The position numbers and the translations under genes were made by a program. From the NCBI GenBank assembly GCA_051306355.1, contig JBPPNA010000287.1, positions 1 to 45,990 of the forward strand: 45,990 nt of DNA, given 5' to 3'. Shown in pieces: positions 26,721-37,121 of the stretch. The stretch is from Acidimicrobiales bacterium. GTDB taxonomy: Bacteria; Actinomycetota; Acidimicrobiia; Acidimicrobiales; Salinilacustritrichaceae. How positions within the stretch are numbered: position 1 is the first letter of the stretch; every line of letters starts with the position of its first letter. The notes beneath the pieces are model-generated. The model was given only the letters and a program-made list of their open reading frames with translations. It was not told the DNA's origin and made no database searches.

Positions 26721-28147
26721 TGACCACCGAGACGCCCTTCGACCCCCCGTACCGATTCGAGGTCACGGGCCACGCCGCCGACATCGTCGAGCAACACGCC
26801 GGTCTCGAAGACGGAGAGGAGACCGACCACACCGTGTCCCTCGCCGGCCGGGTCATGCTGCTGCGCGACCAGGGCAAGCTGGCCTTTGCCACGCTGCGCG
26901 AGGGGAATGGCGCCGAGATCCAGCTCTTCGCCCTGGCCAAGGTGCTCGACGGCTTCGACGAGTTCGTCGGGCGGACCCTCGGCGACTGGGTCGGCGTCAC
27001 CGGCGAGGTCGTCCGCACCCGGCGGGGCGAGCTGTCGATCAAGGTCCGGTCGTGGGTGCTGCTGGCCGAGGCCCGTCGCGGCTTCGGCGACAAGTTCCAC
27101 GGCATCACCGACACCGACCTGCGGTATCGCCAGCGCTACGCCGACCTGTGGGCCAACCCCGAGGCCGCCCAGGTCTTCCGGGACCGGTCCCGGATCATGA
27201 GCCTCACCCGACGGTGGTTGGAGGATCGCGACTTCGTCGAGGTCGAGACGCCCGTGCTCCAGCACGTGGCCAGCGGCGCGGCGGCCACCCCGTTCACCAC
27301 GCACCACAACGCGCTCGACGTCGATCTGAAGCTGCGCATCGCGCCCGAGCTCTTCCTCAAGCGTCTCGTGGTCGGCGGCTTCGAGCGCGTGTTCGAGATC
27401 GGCCGCGTCTTCCGCAACGAGGGCATCTCCACCCGCCACAACCCTGAGTTCACCATGCTCGAGCTGTACGAGGCCTACGCCGACTACGGCGACATCATGG
27501 TCCTCGTGGAGGAACTGGTTGCGCACCTGGCCACCGAACTGCACGGCACCAACCAGCTCGCCTACGGCGAACGCGAGCTCGACCTGTCCACTCCATGGCG
27601 TCGCGCCTCGATGGCGGAGCTGATCGAGGACGCCATCGGTATCCGACTCGACGTCGGCCAACCTCTGGACGAGGTCCGCGCCGTGGCCACTCAGCACGGC
27701 GTCGAGGTCGAGGACTCGTGGGGCACCGGCAAGCTCATCCTCGAGATCTACGAGAAGACGACCGAGGCCGACCTCTGGGGCCCCGTGTTCGTCACCGACT
27801 ACCCCGAGGAGGTCTCGCCCCTGTCCCGGTCGCATCGCGACCAGCCGGGCGTGACCGAGCGCTTCGAGGCCATCGTCGCTGGTCGTGAGCTGTGCAATGC
27901 CTTCTCCGAGCTCACCGACCCCGACATGCAGCGAGCCCGCTTCGAGGACCAGGTCCGCCAGAAGGACGCCGGTGACCACGAAGCCATGGCGCTCGACGAG
28001 GACTATCTCCGCGCCATGGAGTACGGCCTCCCCCCGACGGGTGGCCTCGGCATCGGCATGGATCGCCTGGTGATGCTGCTCACGGACACCCCCTCGATCC
28101 GCGACGTGGTCCTCTTCCCGACCCTGCGCCCCGAGGTCATCGAGTAG
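26720..28147 (+). CDS. lysS: Lysine--tRNA ligase (class II)
   Basis: OB-fold N-terminus, RYRQRYADL, LRIAPELFLKRLVVGG, FRNEG, YGLPPTGGLGIGMDRL. Confidence 0.97.
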   Translation: MTTETPFDPPYRFEVTGHAADIVEQHAGLEDGEETDHTVSLAGRVMLLRDQGKLAFATLREGNGAEIQLFALAKVLDGFDEFVGRTLGDWVGVTGEVVRTRRGELSIKVRSWVLLAEARRGFGDKFHGITDTDLRYRQRYADLWANPEAAQVFRDRSRIMSLTRRWLEDRDFVEVETPVLQHVASGAAATPFTTHHNALDVDLKLRIAPELFLKRLVVGGFERVFEIGRVFRNEGISTRHNPEFTMLELYEAYADYGDIMVLVEELVAHLATELHGTNQLAYGERELDLSTPWRRASMAELIEDAIGIRLDVGQPLDEVRAVATQHGVEVEDSWGTGKLILEIYEKTTEADLWGPVFVTDYPEEVSPLSRSHRDQPGVTERFEAIVAGRELCNAFSELTDPDMQRARFEDQVRQKDAGDHEAMALDEDYLRAMEYGLPPTGGLGIGMDRLVMLLTDTPSIRDVVLFPTLRPEVIE

Positions 28148-28157
28148 CTACTCGATG
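28138..28157. terminator. Perfect 20-bp palindrome formed by two abutting convergent gene ends; possible bidirectional terminator
   Basis: CATCGAGTAG|CTACTCGATG; both genes end Ile-Glu-TAG with a zero-base gap. Confidence 0.45.
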
Positions 28158-28798
28158 CCGTGGTCCACGGCGAAGCGCACGAGCTCCTGGCGACGGTTCA
28201 AGTGGAGCTTGGAGAGGATGTTCCGCACGTGGTTCTCCACTGTCTTCGGGGAGATGAAGAGCTGCTCGCCGATCTCCTTGTAGGTGTGGCCCCGCGCGAC
28301 GTACTGGAGCACCTCCCGCTCCCGTTCCGACAGCACCTCCACGGGTCCGCTTGCCTTCGCCAGGCGCCGGAACTCGCCCAGCACCAGCGACGCGAGCTGT
28401 GGTGAGAACACCGGTTCGCCCTTCGCCGCCCGCCACAGCGCGTTGCGCAGCTCTTCCGGCGGTGTGGTCTTGACCAGGTATCCGACGGCGCCTGCCGCCA
28501 CGGCGTCGAGAAGATCGCGCTCGGCCTCGGACACGGTCAGGATGACGATGCGGACCTGCTGCCCGCAGGTCTTGGCGACCTTCATGCCGCCACCGGGCAT
28601 GTGGAGGTCGCACAGCACCAGGTCGGGTTCGTGGGTGGCGATTGCCTCGATTGCCTCGTCGGCGTCGGCGGCCTCGGCCACCACCTGGAAGTTGGATCCC
28701 AGTTCGGAACGCAGTCCGGAGCGCCAGATGGCGTGGTCGTCGGCCACCACGAGGCGCACGGGGCCGAGGGTGCCGGAGCGATCAGTCGTTCCGCTCAT
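28148..28798 (-). CDS. NarL/LuxR-family response regulator
   Basis: LVVADDH, VLCDLHMP, GYLVK, LSEREREVLQYVARG...ISPKTVENHVRNILSKL. Confidence 0.93.
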   Translation of the reverse strand: MSGTTDRSGTLGPVRLVVADDHAIWRSGLRSELGSNFQVVAEAADADEAIEAIATHEPDLVLCDLHMPGGGMKVAKTCGQQVRIVILTVSEAERDLLDAVAAGAVGYLVKTTPPEELRNALWRAAKGEPVFSPQLASLVLGEFRRLAKASGPVEVLSEREREVLQYVARGHTYKEIGEQLFISPKTVENHVRNILSKLHLNRRQELVRFAVDHGIE

Positions 28799-29925
28799 GT
28801 CGAGAGAGTACGCCCGGCGACGGGCACGACGATGCGGACCTCGGTGCCCCGGCCGGGGTTCGGGTCGATCTCGACCCGGCCTCCGATCTCCTCGATCCGG
28901 CCTCGCACCGACCGGGACAGGCCCACGCCCTCGCTCGTGGTTGCGCCGTCGAAGCCCTGCCCATCGTCCTTGACGCTGCACCGCACCACGGCGCCATCAG
29001 GTTCGGCGTAGACAGTGATGACCCGCGCCCAGCCGTGTTTGGCCGCGTTGGTGCACGCCTCGCCCACGGCGCCGGCGACCGCCTCGACGATCGTCGCGGC
29101 GAGATCGGGCAGATCGGGGGCGACCACGACGCGGACGTTCGTCTCGTCCCGCCGCTCGGCGCGACCGGCGACCTGGCGCAGCGCCGCCCCCAGGTCTCCG
29201 CCCCCCTCGGCGACACCGGTGCCGAAGAGGTACTCGCGCAGCTCGCGCTCCTGGTCCCTGGCCAACCTGGCCAGCTCCGGTTCGTCGGATCGGCGCTGCA
29301 CGACCGCCAGTGTCTGCAGCACGCCGTCGTGCAGGGTCCGGGCCACCTCCTCCCTTGCGTGGGTCAGGGCGATCTCCGCCTCGGCCTCGATCAGGCGCCC
29401 GGCGGCGAACCCGGCCATCGCGCCGGCCAGCGTGTACAGGAACAGCGTCGACGAGCGCGACAGGATCTCGTCCGCCGACCACCCCCCTCCCGGTTCGAGC
29501 AGGTCGCCGAGGGTCCTGCCGATCCCCACGGCCACGCCGGCGGCCGCACCACCACGCGTTCCGAGCGCGATACCGGCGGAGAGCACGCTGGCCAGCGGCC
29601 ACGCGGATCCCAGCGACAGGGGGTGTGGCCCGCCGTAGACGACGCCATCGCCGAGCGCGAGCGCCGTGGCCACCCCGACGTCGACAGCCAGTGGGAGCGG
29701 GCGGAGCAGCGCTTCGGCGCCGTCGCGGCGGAGCCGCACCCACCAGAGCGCCGTGACGAACGCGGCAGCCGCCACCAGCGCCCAGGCCGCCGCGGGACGG
29801 GAGACCAGATCGCGGGTGGCGAGCAGCACCGCCACGAGCCAGACCAGGCACGCCACCCGGAACGCCGTGAGTCCGAGGACCAGGCTCCGCACCAGCGGGG
29901 AGGCGTGCACGCCACATCGTGACAT
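28795..29925 (-). CDS. Membrane sensor histidine kinase (HisKA_3 type, MacS-like)
   Basis: About 5-6 TM helices, REEVARTLHDGVLQTL (phospho-His), EACTNAAKH, VKDDGQGFD, GVGL. Start may be GTG 29910. Confidence 0.9.
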   Translation of the reverse strand: MSRCGVHASPLVRSLVLGLTAFRVACLVWLVAVLLATRDLVSRPAAAWALVAAAAFVTALWWVRLRRDGAEALLRPLPLAVDVGVATALALGDGVVYGGPHPLSLGSAWPLASVLSAGIALGTRGGAAAGVAVGIGRTLGDLLEPGGGWSADEILSRSSTLFLYTLAGAMAGFAAGRLIEAEAEIALTHAREEVARTLHDGVLQTLAVVQRRSDEPELARLARDQERELREYLFGTGVAEGGGDLGAALRQVAGRAERRDETNVRVVVAPDLPDLAATIVEAVAGAVGEACTNAAKHGWARVITVYAEPDGAVVRCSVKDDGQGFDGATTSEGVGLSRSVRGRIEEIGGRVEIDPNPGRGTEVRIVVPVAGRTLST

Positions 29926-29934
29926 GCCCGAGGA

Positions 29935-30927
29935 TCAGTTCGCGGCGGCGGTCACCATGGTGAGGAGGTGATCGGCGCCGTCAGCGAGGGCGATGGTCGC
30001 GTCCGATCGCTCCAGCGTCTCGAGGGAGGTCTTGGCGGCATCCACGTGGCACTCGGCTTCGGCGATGGTTGCCTCGACGGCCCCGGAGGCCACCACCAGA
30101 TCTCGCGCCCGGTCGCGCTCGGTACCGACGATGGGCGAGCCGAGCAACTGGCGGAGCTCGTCGCCCGCCCCCGTCTGCAGTGCCCGCAGCACCGGCAGGG
30201 TGTAGACGCCCTCGGTGAGGTCGTGACCGGCCGGCTTGCCCAGGTCCTCGTCGGTGGAGACGAGATCGAGCACGTCGTCGACGAGCTGGAAGGCGATGCC
30301 GAAGGCCCGGCCGTACTCGGTGAGGGCATCGACCTGCGGGCGGGGCAGCTCACCCACGATGGCGCCGATGCGACAGGCCGTGGCGTAGAGGGAGGCCGTC
30401 TTGCCGTCGATGGCCGAGAAGTAGTCGTCCTCGGAGCGCTGGGTGGAATAGGCGTGACGGAGCTCGAGGATCTCGCCTTCGCACAGGCGGCCGATGGTAC
30501 GGGCGAGCAGCGCGGCGATCTCCGTGCCCAGCCCGGCGGCGATCTCGGAGGCCTTGGCCAGGAGGAAGTCGCCGGCCAGGATCGCCGTGAGGTTGTTCCA
30601 CCGCACGTTGACCGACTCCACCCCCCGTCGCGAGTCGGCCTCGTCGATGACGTCGTCGTGGTAGAGCGAGCCCACCTGCACGAGCTCGACGGCGACGCCA
30701 CCGTCGATCACGTCGAGTGTGATGCCGGTCCCGGTGCCGGGGCTCGCCGACGCCGCGGAGAGCACCCCGAGCAGCGGGCGGAGACGCTTCCCGCCGGCCC
30801 GGATGAGGTGTGAGGTCATCTCGGTCAGGTGCTGGTCGTCGGTGGTGACGCTGTCCAGCAGCCGCTCGTCGATCGTGGCGAGGTGCTCGTCGGCGCCGGG
30901 GAAGGCGAGCAAGGGGTTGGTGCCCAT
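29935..30927 (-). CDS. Long-chain trans-polyprenyl diphosphate synthase
   Basis: GGKRLRP, first Asp-rich motif HDDVID..RRG, GDFLL, KTASL, second Asp-rich motif FQLVDDVLD. Confidence 0.94.
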   Translation of the reverse strand: MGTNPLLAFPGADEHLATIDERLLDSVTTDDQHLTEMTSHLIRAGGKRLRPLLGVLSAASASPGTGTGITLDVIDGGVAVELVQVGSLYHDDVIDEADSRRGVESVNVRWNNLTAILAGDFLLAKASEIAAGLGTEIAALLARTIGRLCEGEILELRHAYSTQRSEDDYFSAIDGKTASLYATACRIGAIVGELPRPQVDALTEYGRAFGIAFQLVDDVLDLVSTDEDLGKPAGHDLTEGVYTLPVLRALQTGAGDELRQLLGSPIVGTERDRARDLVVASGAVEATIAEAECHVDAAKTSLETLERSDATIALADGADHLLTMVTAAAN

Positions 30928-31007
30928 GGGCGAAGGCTACCGGTGCCGGTCCCGGGATCTGCCGCCGGGTCCGGCCCAGAGGTCTCGCTCGAGGGGGCAG
31001 CCGGCCA

Positions 31008-31724
31008 CTACGACGTCTGCTCGGCGCGTTGCTCGATGAAGAAGGCGCCGATGGTGGCGGCGAGAGATGCGAACACCACGACGGCGTAGGCCGAGAGGAT
31101 GAGACCGACGACGCGGCCGAGCACGCTCTCGGGCTCGAAGACGTAGGCGCCGCTGATCACCAGGTTGGCCGACCACCACAGCGCGTCGCCGAGGCCTTCG
31201 TTGCCGCCGGGACCGCCGCCTTCGAGGAGGAAGAGCAGCTGTCCGCCGGCGAAGATCACCGCCACGGTGGTGACACCGAGAAACGAGAGCCGCCCACCCA
31301 GGAGCGTGCGTGCGGACCCGATGGTGCGGTACGACGATCCCAAGATGCGGGCCGCCGGCAGCACCCGCAGCGCCCGGAGCGAAGCGATCACCCGCACCGT
31401 GCGCAGGATCGGCAGGGCGAGGAACAGGACCGAGAGCCACCGGCGCCGCAGGAAGCGGAACGGGTGGCCCGAGATCACCAGCTTGGCGAGGAACTCGACC
31501 AGGAAGATGCCCCACACCACGTCACCGATGAGGCGGAGCGTCGGCCGCTGGTCGCCGGGCGCAACGAGCTCGTAGGCGATGAACGCCGCCCAGAGCACGG
31601 ACAGCACCGCCATGATCGGATCGAGCCGCTGCTCGAACGTGGCGGCCAGCCGCTCGCGCCGGGTCGGTTCGCCTTCGGGGTCGCTCCCGAGCGTGGCCGG
31701 CGTCGGGTCGTGTCGGTCCGCCAT
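31008..31724 (-). CDS. 6-TM ion-transport (voltage-gated-channel-like) protein with atypical pore loop
   Basis: S2 WGIFLVEF, Arg-rich S4 LRTVRVIASLRALRVLPAAR, pore helix DALWWS, S6 GRVVGLIL; no TVGYG. Confidence 0.8.
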   Translation of the reverse strand: MADRHDPTPATLGSDPEGEPTRRERLAATFEQRLDPIMAVLSVLWAAFIAYELVAPGDQRPTLRLIGDVVWGIFLVEFLAKLVISGHPFRFLRRRWLSVLFLALPILRTVRVIASLRALRVLPAARILGSSYRTIGSARTLLGGRLSFLGVTTVAVIFAGGQLLFLLEGGGPGGNEGLGDALWWSANLVISGAYVFEPESVLGRVVGLILSAYAVVVFASLAATIGAFFIEQRAEQTS

Positions 31725-31749
31725 CACGCCCTGGTCGGGAGTCCGGGCA

Positions 31750-33609
31750 TCAAGAGTTCGGGCGGAGGCTACCGTCGGGACGTTCGACGATCTCGGGCGT
31801 GATCGCCTCGGGGGTGTAGCGGACCGTGGCGTTCCACAGGAGCCAATTGTCGACGCCGAGATCACGGGCGGCGTCGATCTGGGCCCGCACCTCGGCCGGT
31901 CCGTACGGGATGCCGATGGAGAAGTCCTGCACCCACAGGTTGTAGGCCACGCCCGACCCGGCGGACTTGGTGAGGAAGTCGTCGAGCGACTTCGTGACGA
32001 TGTCGTACGGCTGGGCGTTGGGATGATCGACCCGGTACTCGCCACGGACCCAGTGCGACGGGTAGAGCATCGGCGCGATGTAGTCGACGTGGCGGGCGAT
32101 GGCCGGCACGGGCTGGCCGATGGCGTCGGGGTTGCGGGCCGCGATGCCGAAGAGCGAGGCGCCCTGGTAGATGCATTCGTCTCGGAGCACCGCACCCGAC
32201 TCGGCGAGGAACGACACCACGTTGTCGTTCACCGCCCGCTTCTCCGCGATGTCGGGTTCGTCGGACTCCGGGATCTGCATGCCGGGGAAGACCATGCCGG
32301 CGATGTCGCCCTCGGGGCGCCGGACGTAGTCCCACAGGATCTCGTCGACACCCCGATCGACCGCCTCCATGGCGAGGTCGATGTTGTACTGGCGTACGTC
32401 GGCGTTGGCGACGTTGGTGAAGCCGCCGTACTTCGAGAGCATGTTCCCGTCGGGGTCCTGGATGACGTAGTCCATGGCGCCGTTCTCGGATGCCCATCGG
32501 GCCAGGGGGCCGTCACGGAAGGCGACGATGCGGCCGATGACGCGCACGCCCTTCGAGTGGAGGAGGTCGACGGCTTCTGACAGCACGTACTCCTGCCGTG
32601 CCGCGCCGATCTGCTCGGCAAGCTCGATGTCGGTGTCGTACCCCACGATCCCGCCCTCGTCCTTGATGTCGAGCTGCACCGCTGAGACCTTGCCGGCGTC
32701 GACCATGTCGAGGACGTGCTCGCGCAGCGGGTCGTAGCCCCAGGCCGCCGCCGTGACGTGGATTCCCTGGGTGGAGGGGTACTCGACCGGGATGACGATC
32801 TCGGCCGCTGCCCGGTTCCCGGCGACGTCCTCCGCGGTCAGCAGGATCGGTCCTGTCGGGGGTTGGTCGAACCCGAGCTCGAAGCTGCCGTCCTCGCCCA
32901 CGTCATAGTCCTCGCCGTCGACCTGGAAGCTGGCCAGACCCGTCTCGACCCGGCCCGACACGGTCACGGGCGAACAGATCGGTGCTGCGGGCTGGGGGGA
33001 CACGACCTCGATGATCGGTGGGGTGCCGTCGACGGCGAACGTCCAGCGGAACTCCGCCGCGTTGAGCAGGGGGCGCCCGATCGACATGGCCAGAGTGTGG
33101 ACGCCTTCATCGAGGGGCAGCGGCTGCCACCGCACGCCCATCTCGCTGACCTCGTAGGTGTCCTCGTTGGCCGGGATGCCGCCGAAGAAGAGTGTCGGTG
33201 TGATCCCGGCCTCGATGTCGAGCTCGGCGATGTCGATGCGCACGTCGAGCTCGGCCGCCTCTTCGAGCGTGAGGTGGGCCTGATCCTCGATGCCGGTGAC
33301 CTCCACGTTGACCCGGGTCGCGTTCCAGAAGGCGTTCCAGATGAAGGCGCCGAGCGCCACGAACCCGAGGGCGATGAGCAGGCTGGACCAGGGGATCTGC
33401 CGGCGATGTCGCCGGGGCGACCACGCCTTGGGGCCCTTCGGACGTCGGCGGAACCGTCGGGAGCCGGTTCCGACGCGGGTGCGGCGGGGGTCGTTGATGA
33501 GCGCAGGGCTGAACTGCGGTCCCCGCCGGGAGCGTGCGCTCCGTCCGGGTCGGCTGCTCGACCGTGCGCCCGGGATGCTCCGCAGATGGGAGTTGTCGTC
33601 AGAGGCCAC
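31750..33609 (-). CDS. Membrane-anchored putative glycoside hydrolase (DUF4015-type TIM barrel) with Ig-like stalk
   Basis: Basic N-terminus, one TM helix, beta-rich region ([15 protein letters not shown]), then [40 protein letters not shown]. Start uncertain (33609 or 33702). Confidence 0.75.
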   Translation of the reverse strand: MASDDNSHLRSIPGARSSSRPGRSARSRRGPQFSPALINDPRRTRVGTGSRRFRRRPKGPKAWSPRRHRRQIPWSSLLIALGFVALGAFIWNAFWNATRVNVEVTGIEDQAHLTLEEAAELDVRIDIAELDIEAGITPTLFFGGIPANEDTYEVSEMGVRWQPLPLDEGVHTLAMSIGRPLLNAAEFRWTFAVDGTPPIIEVVSPQPAAPICSPVTVSGRVETGLASFQVDGEDYDVGEDGSFELGFDQPPTGPILLTAEDVAGNRAAAEIVIPVEYPSTQGIHVTAAAWGYDPLREHVLDMVDAGKVSAVQLDIKDEGGIVGYDTDIELAEQIGAARQEYVLSEAVDLLHSKGVRVIGRIVAFRDGPLARWASENGAMDYVIQDPDGNMLSKYGGFTNVANADVRQYNIDLAMEAVDRGVDEILWDYVRRPEGDIAGMVFPGMQIPESDEPDIAEKRAVNDNVVSFLAESGAVLRDECIYQGASLFGIAARNPDAIGQPVPAIARHVDYIAPMLYPSHWVRGEYRVDHPNAQPYDIVTKSLDDFLTKSAGSGVAYNLWVQDFSIGIPYGPAEVRAQIDAARDLGVDNWLLWNATVRYTPEAITPEIVERPDGSLRPNS

Positions 33610-33812
33610 GTGGGTTCGAGGGAGGTCGTCGGGGTCCAGGGCACCCGGTGGGGCGCGCCCGCAATCACCCGAGGCTACCGGTGTCGCCTCGGGATCCGCC
33701 ACGCGCCCAGATCACTGCCACCCCGGCGGTGGTTCGGCGGCGGGCAGGGATACACTCGTCTCACGGAGCCCCCGATCACGTCACTCCCGTATTCCGGGTG
33801 GGAGGCAGAGCC

Positions 33813-36353
33813 TTGTTCGAACGTTTCACCGACCGTGCCCGCCGAGTCGTCGTCCTCGCGCAGGAAGAGGCACGGCTGCTCAACCACAACTACATCGGCA
33901 CCGAGCACATCCTGCTCGGGCTGATCCACGAGGGCGAGGGTGTGGCCGCCAAGGCGCTCGAATCCCTCGGTATCAGCCTCGAGGCCGTGCGCAGCCAGGT
34001 CGAGGAGATCATCGGTCAGGGCGGCTCGTCGCCATCCGGGCACATCCCGTTCACCCCGCGGGCCAAGAAGGTCCTGGAGCTGTCGCTGCGTGAGGCGCTC
34101 CAGCTCGGCCACAACTACATCGGCACCGAGCACATCCTCCTCGGCCTCATCCGCGAGGGCGAGGGCGTGGCCGCCCAGGTGCTCGTGAAGCTGGGCGCCG
34201 ACCTGTCCCGCGTCCGTCAGCAGGTCATCCAGCTCCTGTCGGGCTACCAGGGCTCCGGCACCGCCGGTCCCGGCACGGGCCGCAGCGGCGAGAAGGCCGG
34301 CGCGGCCACGGGCTCCACCAGCGGCGAGACGCCGTCGGGTTCGCTGGTCCTCGACCAGTTCGGACGCAACCTCACCCAGCTCGCTCGCGACAAGGAGGTC
34401 GACCCGGTCATCGGTCGTTCTCGCGAGATCGAGCGCATCATGCAGGTCCTGTCCCGGCGGACCAAGAACAACCCGGTGCTCGTCGGTGAGCCCGGCGTCG
34501 GCAAGACCGCCATCGTCGAGGGTCTGGCCCAGAAGATCGTGGCTGACGACGTGCCCGAGACGCTGCACCACAAGCAGCTGTACACGCTCGACCTCGGCGC
34601 GCTCGTGGCCGGATCGCGCTACCGCGGCGACTTCGAGGAGCGCCTCAAGAAGGTGCTCAAGGAGATCCGCACCCGGGGCGACATCATCCTGTTCATCGAC
34701 GAGCTCCACACCCTCGTCGGTGCCGGCGCCGCCGAGGGTGCCATCGATGCCGCCAGCATCCTCAAGCCGATGCTGGCTCGCGGCGAGCTCCAAACCATCG
34801 GCGCCACCACCCTCGACGAGTACCGCAAGCACCTCGAGAAGGACGCCGCCCTCGAGCGGCGCTTCCAGAAGATCATCGTCGAAGAGCCCTCGGTGGCCCA
34901 CACCATCGAGATCCTCAAGGGTCTGCGCGACCGCTACGAGACCCACCACCGCGTCACCATCACCGACCAGGCGCTCGTGGCGGCGGCCAACCTCGCCGAC
35001 CGCTACATCTCCGACCGCTTCCTCCCCGACAAGGCCATCGACCTCATCGACGAGGCCGGGTCCCGGTTGCGGATCAAGCGCATGCAGACCCCGCCCGACT
35101 ACAAGGAGCTCGAGAACGAGCTGGCCGGCGTGGTCGAGCAGAAGAAGTCTGCCGTCGAGAGCCAGGACTTCGAGGAGGCGGGACGCCTCCGCGACAAGGA
35201 GAAGGAGCTCCTCGGCAAGAAGGAGGCCAAGGAGACCGAGATCAAGGACTCCGGGGTCGATCTCTTCGACGAGGTCGACGAGGAGGCCGTCGCCGAGGTC
35301 CTGTCGGTGTGGACCGGCATCCCGGTCTACAAGCTCACCGAGGAGGAGACCCAGAAGCTCCTCAACATGGAAGACGAGCTCCACAGGCGGGTCATCGGCC
35401 AGCAGGACGCCATCAAGGCGGTCAGCCAGGCCATCCGCCGCACCCGGGCCGGTCTCAAGGACCCCAAGCGCCCGAGCGGGTCGTTCATCTTCCTCGGCCC
35501 GTCCGGCGTGGGCAAGACCGAGCTGGCCAAGACCCTGGCCGAGTTCCTCTTCGGCGACGAGACGTCCATGATCAGCCTCGACATGTCCGAGTACATGGAG
35601 AAGCACACGGTGTCCCGCCTCGTCGGCTCGCCTCCCGGCTACGTCGGCTACGAGGAAGGCGGCCAGCTCACCGAGGCCGTGCGGCGCAAGCCGTTCTCCG
35701 TCGTGCTGTTCGACGAGGTCGAAAAGGCCCACACCGACGTGTTCAACACGCTGCTGCAGATCCTCGAGGAGGGTCGTCTCACCGACGCCCAGGGCCGCTC
35801 GGTCGATTTCCGCAACACCGTGCTGATCATGACCTCCAACCTCGGCACCGCCGACCTACGCAAGCAGTCGGTCGGCTTCGGCAAGAGCGACGAGGCCGTC
35901 TCCTACGAGAAGATGAAGGAGAAGGTCAACGACGCCCTCAAGGCCCACTTCCGGCCCGAGTTCCTGAACCGCATCGACGAGACGATCGTGTTCCACGAGC
36001 TCAGCAAGGACGAGGTGATCCAGATCGTCGACAACTTCGTGGCCAAGCTGGCCATCCAGATGGAGGGCCAGGGCATGGGCATCGAGCTCACCACGGCCGC
36101 CAAGCTCTTCGTCGCCGACAAGGGCTACGACCCCACGTTGGGGGCCCGGCCGCTGCGCCGTGCCATCCAGCGCTTCGTCGAGGACCCGCTGTCGGAGAAG
36201 CTCCTCTACAAGGAGTTCCGCGCCGGAGAGATCGTCACGGTCGACACCGAACACGACCCCGAGACCAACGAGGACGTCATCGTCTTCCGCTCCGTCGAGG
36301 GCTTCGAGCCGCCCACGATGGAACAGCTCGAGGCCGCCGTCACCCCCGAGTGA
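33813..36353 (+). CDS. clpC: ATP-dependent Clp protease ATP-binding subunit ClpC
   Basis: TTG start with SD GGAGG; [20 protein letters not shown], two Clp-N repeats, GEPGVGKT and GPSGVGKT Walker A motifs, VGF loop. Confidence 0.98.
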   Translation: MFERFTDRARRVVVLAQEEARLLNHNYIGTEHILLGLIHEGEGVAAKALESLGISLEAVRSQVEEIIGQGGSSPSGHIPFTPRAKKVLELSLREALQLGHNYIGTEHILLGLIREGEGVAAQVLVKLGADLSRVRQQVIQLLSGYQGSGTAGPGTGRSGEKAGAATGSTSGETPSGSLVLDQFGRNLTQLARDKEVDPVIGRSREIERIMQVLSRRTKNNPVLVGEPGVGKTAIVEGLAQKIVADDVPETLHHKQLYTLDLGALVAGSRYRGDFEERLKKVLKEIRTRGDIILFIDELHTLVGAGAAEGAIDAASILKPMLARGELQTIGATTLDEYRKHLEKDAALERRFQKIIVEEPSVAHTIEILKGLRDRYETHHRVTITDQALVAAANLADRYISDRFLPDKAIDLIDEAGSRLRIKRMQTPPDYKELENELAGVVEQKKSAVESQDFEEAGRLRDKEKELLGKKEAKETEIKDSGVDLFDEVDEEAVAEVLSVWTGIPVYKLTEEETQKLLNMEDELHRRVIGQQDAIKAVSQAIRRTRAGLKDPKRPSGSFIFLGPSGVGKTELAKTLAEFLFGDETSMISLDMSEYMEKHTVSRLVGSPPGYVGYEEGGQLTEAVRRKPFSVVLFDEVEKAHTDVFNTLLQILEEGRLTDAQGRSVDFRNTVLIMTSNLGTADLRKQSVGFGKSDEAVSYEKMKEKVNDALKAHFRPEFLNRIDETIVFHELSKDEVIQIVDNFVAKLAIQMEGQGMGIELTTAAKLFVADKGYDPTLGARPLRRAIQRFVEDPLSEKLLYKEFRAGEIVTVDTEHDPETNEDVIVFRSVEGFEPPTMEQLEAAVTPE

Positions 36354-36355
36354 CC

Positions 36356-36417
36356 GATCTGGCAGGCGCTGCGTAACGCGGCGCTCGAGGACCCTGTTAC
36401 GCAGCGCCTGCCAGATC
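36356..36417. terminator. Perfect 22-bp inverted repeat between convergent genes (bidirectional terminator or REP-like)
   Basis: GATCTGGCAGGCGCTGCGTAAC at 36356-36377, 18-nt loop, GTTACGCAGCGCCTGCCAGATC at 36396-36417. Confidence 0.8.
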
Positions 36418-36418
36418 T

Positions 36419-36955
36419 CTAGAGTTGCACCGAGGTCGACGTCGGGTCGTCGGGGTCGAATTCGAGCTTGAGGCCGTCGTCGTGGGTGTCGTCGGCCTCG
36501 GCCTCGGCCACGACGTCTTCCTTGGCGGGCTTGCCCTCGACCAGCTCGCCGATGACGTTGCCGACACCGACGACGGCTCGCGCCGCCATCGTAGGTCCCG
36601 GCGGTCGGAGCCCGATGCGCTCGGACAGGTCCCGGGGAGCGATCTCGCGATAGGAGTCGGCCACCAGCTCGGCGATGTCGTGCCAATCGGTGTCGTCGTC
36701 GAGGTGGACGCCGATCCATCCCTTGGATCCCACGTACTTGGGCAGGAAGAACGGTTCGCCCTCGGCCAGCAGGCTCTCCTGCTCGCCGGGTGCCGCCTTC
36801 ATGGTCAGCTGGCGGCCACCCTCGTCGTCGACGCCGTAGGTCACGAAGATCTTGTTGCGCACACGGAAGGTGGGATGTGCCCACGTCTCCCGTTCGGTGG
36901 CCTCGGGGAACCCGAGGGCGATGTCGCGGATGGCGCGGGCTGGATCGATCGCCAT
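36419..36955 (-). CDS. MmcQ/YjbR-family protein with acidic C-terminal extension
   Basis: ALGFPEATE..WAHPTFRVRNKIF, FFLPKYVGSKGWIGVHL, ELVADSYREIAP; start reassigned to ATG 36955. Confidence 0.85.
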   Translation of the reverse strand: MAIDPARAIRDIALGFPEATERETWAHPTFRVRNKIFVTYGVDDEGGRQLTMKAAPGEQESLLAEGEPFFLPKYVGSKGWIGVHLDDDTDWHDIAELVADSYREIAPRDLSERIGLRPPGPTMAARAVVGVGNVIGELVEGKPAKEDVVAEAEADDTHDDGLKLEFDPDDPTSTSVQL

Positions 36956-37034
36956 GTCCCCATCATCGCGTGCGAGACGACCGGTGCGCGGTCGGACCGC
37001 TCCCGCGGGTGGCGAATTGCGTAGTCTGGCGGGC

Positions 37035-37121
37035 GTGTACCAGCGCATCCTCGTCGGCACCGTCGGCACCGTCGGCACCGACACGGTCGCCAAGGGCAAG
37101 CTCATCGTCCGGACCACCTGA
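37035..37121 (+). pseudogene. Internally deleted universal stress protein (Usp) remnant, 28 codons
   Basis: MYQRILVGTVGTVGTDTVAKGKLIVRTT: Usp-like N-terminus (YxRILVGTD) joined to Usp-like C-terminus (LIVRTT-stop); 3 x CGTCGGCAC at 37052-37078. Confidence 0.65.

Noticed and set aside
13648-28147. The tilS-to-lysS cofactor gene cluster as a novel system
   Set aside because: This order is a well-known conserved actinobacterial arrangement; only its inserted genes and leader elements are unusual.
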